Assembly (NCBI GenBank): GCA_964035575.1
Contig: OZ037843.1
Coordinates: 496,001-560,000 of the forward strand
DNA length: 64,000 nucleotides
Direction of reading: 5' to 3'
From: Rhynchopus sp. YZ270_cl-10
Taxonomy: Eukaryota
Shown: piece after piece, positions 61,305 through 64,000 of the stretch
Numbering within the stretch: the stretch's first letter is position 1
Layout of the letters: the number at the start of each line of letters is the position of its first letter
Notes under the pieces: generated by a model
Seen by the model: only the letters and a program-made list of their open reading frames with translations
What the model was told of the DNA's origin: nothing
The model's database searches: none
Position numbers and translations under genes: made by a program

Positions 61305-63398
61305 CTAATACACACTCTCTCTACTGCCGCACTTCGTAACAACTCTGTAGCACTCCTTGTACGGAACGAGAACCTTCTCGACTGCAGACAGCAGTGTTGT
61401 GCCCTCGGGAGGCTCGAACAGACACACCACACCGTCGCGCACAGCCTCTTCGCACAGCGTCCAGCTCCGGCGCACAGTTGTCCCCATCACCGTCACAAAG
61501 CGCTGCTTGCGTGCCCCCACATCACCATGCTGGATCAGCCCGCTTGCGAGGCCAACACCGTGCAGGGTTGCCTTCACGACCATGCGTTGTGCAAAGCGGA
61601 TCGCATTCTCCATGTGTGCAGGGGCAGGGCGGCTTACGTTCCACGACACGCAGACACGGCTGCCAAGGAGCGTCACCAGGCTTCCGCCACTTTGGCTGAG
61701 TGCGACGGTAAGTGTCGAGAGGCCCGCGTTAATGTCGTTCAGTGTTGCATGGCGTTCGTCTCGGACTGCTAGGTCCATCACACCCACAGTGCCGGACACC
61801 TGTCGTGCAGAAGAGGGTACAACGACAGACTGAAGCGACGAAGTGGAGTGCGTCGAGCCAGTTGCCTTCGACACTAAGCTTCCCTTGTGAAATACGCGCA
61901 AGTCACCAAGGGGCCGCCCCTTCCGTCTCCCGAGCGTCACAGGCCACACAGGACACACAAATATCGTATCACTCACGCCCTTCAGGTCAAGTGATTCTGT
62001 CTCACCCACAACAGCACTGCACGCACAACAGTCAGACGTCCACAGGTCAGAGGACACAGCAACAGCCCCAGGCGTGCATATGCTCTCAAGGCGTGACGCA
62101 ACGTTGACAGTGTGTCCGAAGTAGTCTGTCCGTCCAGTGAGTGCGTTCTGTTCGATGGCGACAGGGCCGGTGTTGACACCAATGCGCACAGTGAGGCCAC
62201 CCCACAGAGAGTCTTGTGGTGTGCAGATGGGGACGTTGAGGAGCGACGCAGGCCAGTCCGCGTGGAGCAGCTTCTCGTGTACCTGCAGAGCAAAGTTTAT
62301 CCCGTCTGCTGTTGTCGCAAAGGCAATCATGAAGGCGTCGCCAATGGTTTTGACTTCGTACCCACCAAACACCTGCATCACCTCCCTCATGACACGGTTG
62401 TGGGTATGCAACGCAGCGCCCATCCCGTCAGGTGCACACTCCCAGATCGACGTCGACGCACGGATGTCTGTGAACACAATCGTTGCTGTCCCACTCTCGA
62501 GCCCAGGTGGTGCCACAGATGTGTGCTGCACACCGTCCACCTCATCTTCCTCAAACAGCGCAGCAGGGAGGTAGGGACGGTACTTCCGCAGGTTCTCCTC
62601 CAACGTCTGCAGCGTTGCGCGCATCTCCTCTGGGAGCAACGTCTCTTGCGCCTCCAGCATGCGTGCCACGCCTTCCACGTCGTACCCAGCCAGGAGTGAG
62701 GCGATGTCCTGCACTGTAGCTATGGTCCGCTGCATGGCTTCCTTCTCCTTGAGTGCAGAACGCGCGAAGCCTCTCGTTGCTATAAAATCTACCGCAAATA
62801 TGCTGATGCTGGGGAGCAACGTGTACGGCGGGAACCCTACCGGGCAGGGCAATGCATCACACGCCGTGAGCTTGCTCAGGATCGCACGCCTCCCTTCGGC
62901 GCCTTCTTGCCACACGAGACCGGGCATTTCAAAGAGCCCAAAGCGAAAGCTTTCTTCGCACCCAAGAACAAGCAACCACACCACCACAAAGCACACCAGG
63001 CCGGTACTGTACCGTTCGGGCACCTCCACCACAAGCAACACATCGATGATGAGGACAAGCAGCGCCCAGTTCGTTTGCCCATGCGTACGTGCGTTCAGGT
63101 CCCACATCAGAAACCCTGCTGCGACGGTGTACAACCCCGGCACCACGACACACGTTGTGAGGTGCCGTTTACTGATAATAACGACTGCAGTCATCAGCGA
63201 CCCCAAGAAAACGCAGGAATATGCGAGAGTGCTTACGCTGAAGGGCGGCCGGCTCGACCAACGGTCGATCAACATGAGCATGCCCACCACAGGCAGTAGC
63301 ATGCCCATGAAGGAAACTATCAACAGCGTCAGCCGCTTCTTCTGCTCAGCTCTGTGCAGAGTTCCGTCAAGCGACAGTGCGTTCGCAAGACACTGCAT
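61305..63398 (-). CDS. Membrane-bound class III adenylate cyclase
   Basis: N-terminal hydrophobic helices; IVFTDI, YEVKTIGDAFM, RIGVNTG and DYFGHTVNVASR motifs (K/D indicate ATP specificity); degenerate second cyclase-like domain. The start is uncertain (the frame is open to 63443). Confidence 0.92.
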   Translation of the reverse strand: MQCLANALSLDGTLHRAEQKKRLTLLIVSFMGMLLPVVGMLMLIDRWSSRPPFSVSTLAYSCVFLGSLMTAVVIISKRHLTTCVVVPGLYTVAAGFLMWDLNARTHGQTNWALLVLIIDVLLVVEVPERYSTGLVCFVVVWLLVLGCEESFRFGLFEMPGLVWQEGAEGRRAILSKLTACDALPCPVGFPPYTLLPSISIFAVDFIATRGFARSALKEKEAMQRTIATVQDIASLLAGYDVEGVARMLEAQETLLPEEMRATLQTLEENLRKYRPYLPAALFEEDEVDGVQHTSVAPPGLESGTATIVFTDIRASTSIWECAPDGMGAALHTHNRVMREVMQVFGGYEVKTIGDAFMIAFATTADGINFALQVHEKLLHADWPASLLNVPICTPQDSLWGGLTVRIGVNTGPVAIEQNALTGRTDYFGHTVNVASRLESICTPGAVAVSSDLWTSDCCACSAVVGETESLDLKGVSDTIFVCPVWPVTLGRRKGRPLGDLRVFHKGSLVSKATGSTHSTSSLQSVVVPSSARQVSGTVGVMDLAVRDERHATLNDINAGLSTLTVALSQSGGSLVTLLGSRVCVSWNVSRPAPAHMENAIRFAQRMVVKATLHGVGLASGLIQHGDVGARKQRFVTVMGTTVRRSWTLCEEAVRDGVVCLFEPPEGTTLLSAVEKVLVPYKECYRVVTKCGSRESVY

Positions 63399-63744
63399 CA
63401 CAACCCCAACCCTCCCAAATAGCAAAGGCGGCAAGTGGACCACACCTCAGCACCCACAAAGAATATGTGTAACACCTATGTGGAGGATGGCGTGGACTGT
63501 CGGCCTCGAAAGACAAGCCGCGATAGCAACCCTACAATGGGTGTGCTCAAGCTGGTGCCTAAGGGGGTAGTGGTGCATGGAGGTTGTGCTCATTCTCGCC
63601 TCGAACGTCACACATAGTGCGATGTGAGGCCGGAGAAAGAGAGAAAGTGCCTCAACAACACCAAAGGGATGAAGTTTTGGGTATTTTGTATACAGTTATT
63701 CTCGCCTCGAACATCACACATGGTGTGATGTGAGGCCGGAGAAA

Positions 63745-63783
<39 letters not shown>

Positions 63784-64000
63784 CCCCGCCACAAAACCCC
63801 ACCAAAGGACAAAGCATTCAGTGTCGACAACACCCATAAAGGCTGTGCTGCAACCCACGCAAACCTGAAGCAAAGTGGTGCAACTGTGTCACCCACACTG
63901 CCCCGTGGCACCTCCCTCACCATGACGTTGTGCTCCCCATTTGATCCTCTGTTGCGAAGCCTGGATGTGTCCACCACGCCTCGAACATCACACATAGTGC

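Noticed and set aside
62112..63570. Long plus-strand ORFs over the cyclase (and over the other genes)
   Set aside because: Antisense shadows of GC-rich coding sequence.

Overview
Repeat-rich eukaryotic nuclear DNA. Gene content and intronless, co-oriented minus-strand genes preceded by pyrimidine tract + AG point to a euglenozoan, probably a diplonemid (inference). Only four convincing CDSs are present, all on the minus strand and all in the last 22 kb: two paralogous zinc-ribbon/CCCH proteins, an ERMARD/DUF4209-like protein and a membrane-bound class III adenylate cyclase, plus a cyclase fragment. The rest is a nested mosaic of non-autonomous TIR elements (8-bp, ~7-bp, 6-bp, 5-bp, TA and 2-bp TSD types), asymmetric hairpin-ended elements, very short poly(A)-tailed stem-loop retroposons, GTAC-containing microsatellites (including a 3-kb perfect TACAG array) and an LSU rRNA fragment. 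The most notable observation is a dispersed minus-strand family of hammerhead ribozymes with non-circularly permuted strand order: the cleavage-site strand lies inside loop II and there is an extra pseudoknot. Copies are at 56083-56153 (apparently intact), 44131-44192, 60549-60617, 10740-10801 (decayed) and 32488-32510 (remnant), and their stems covary. Also notable are three different families of hairpin-ended elements whose folds (tandem G.A pairs, GAA mini-loops) are stable on only one DNA strand. All structures were folded by eye, not computed.
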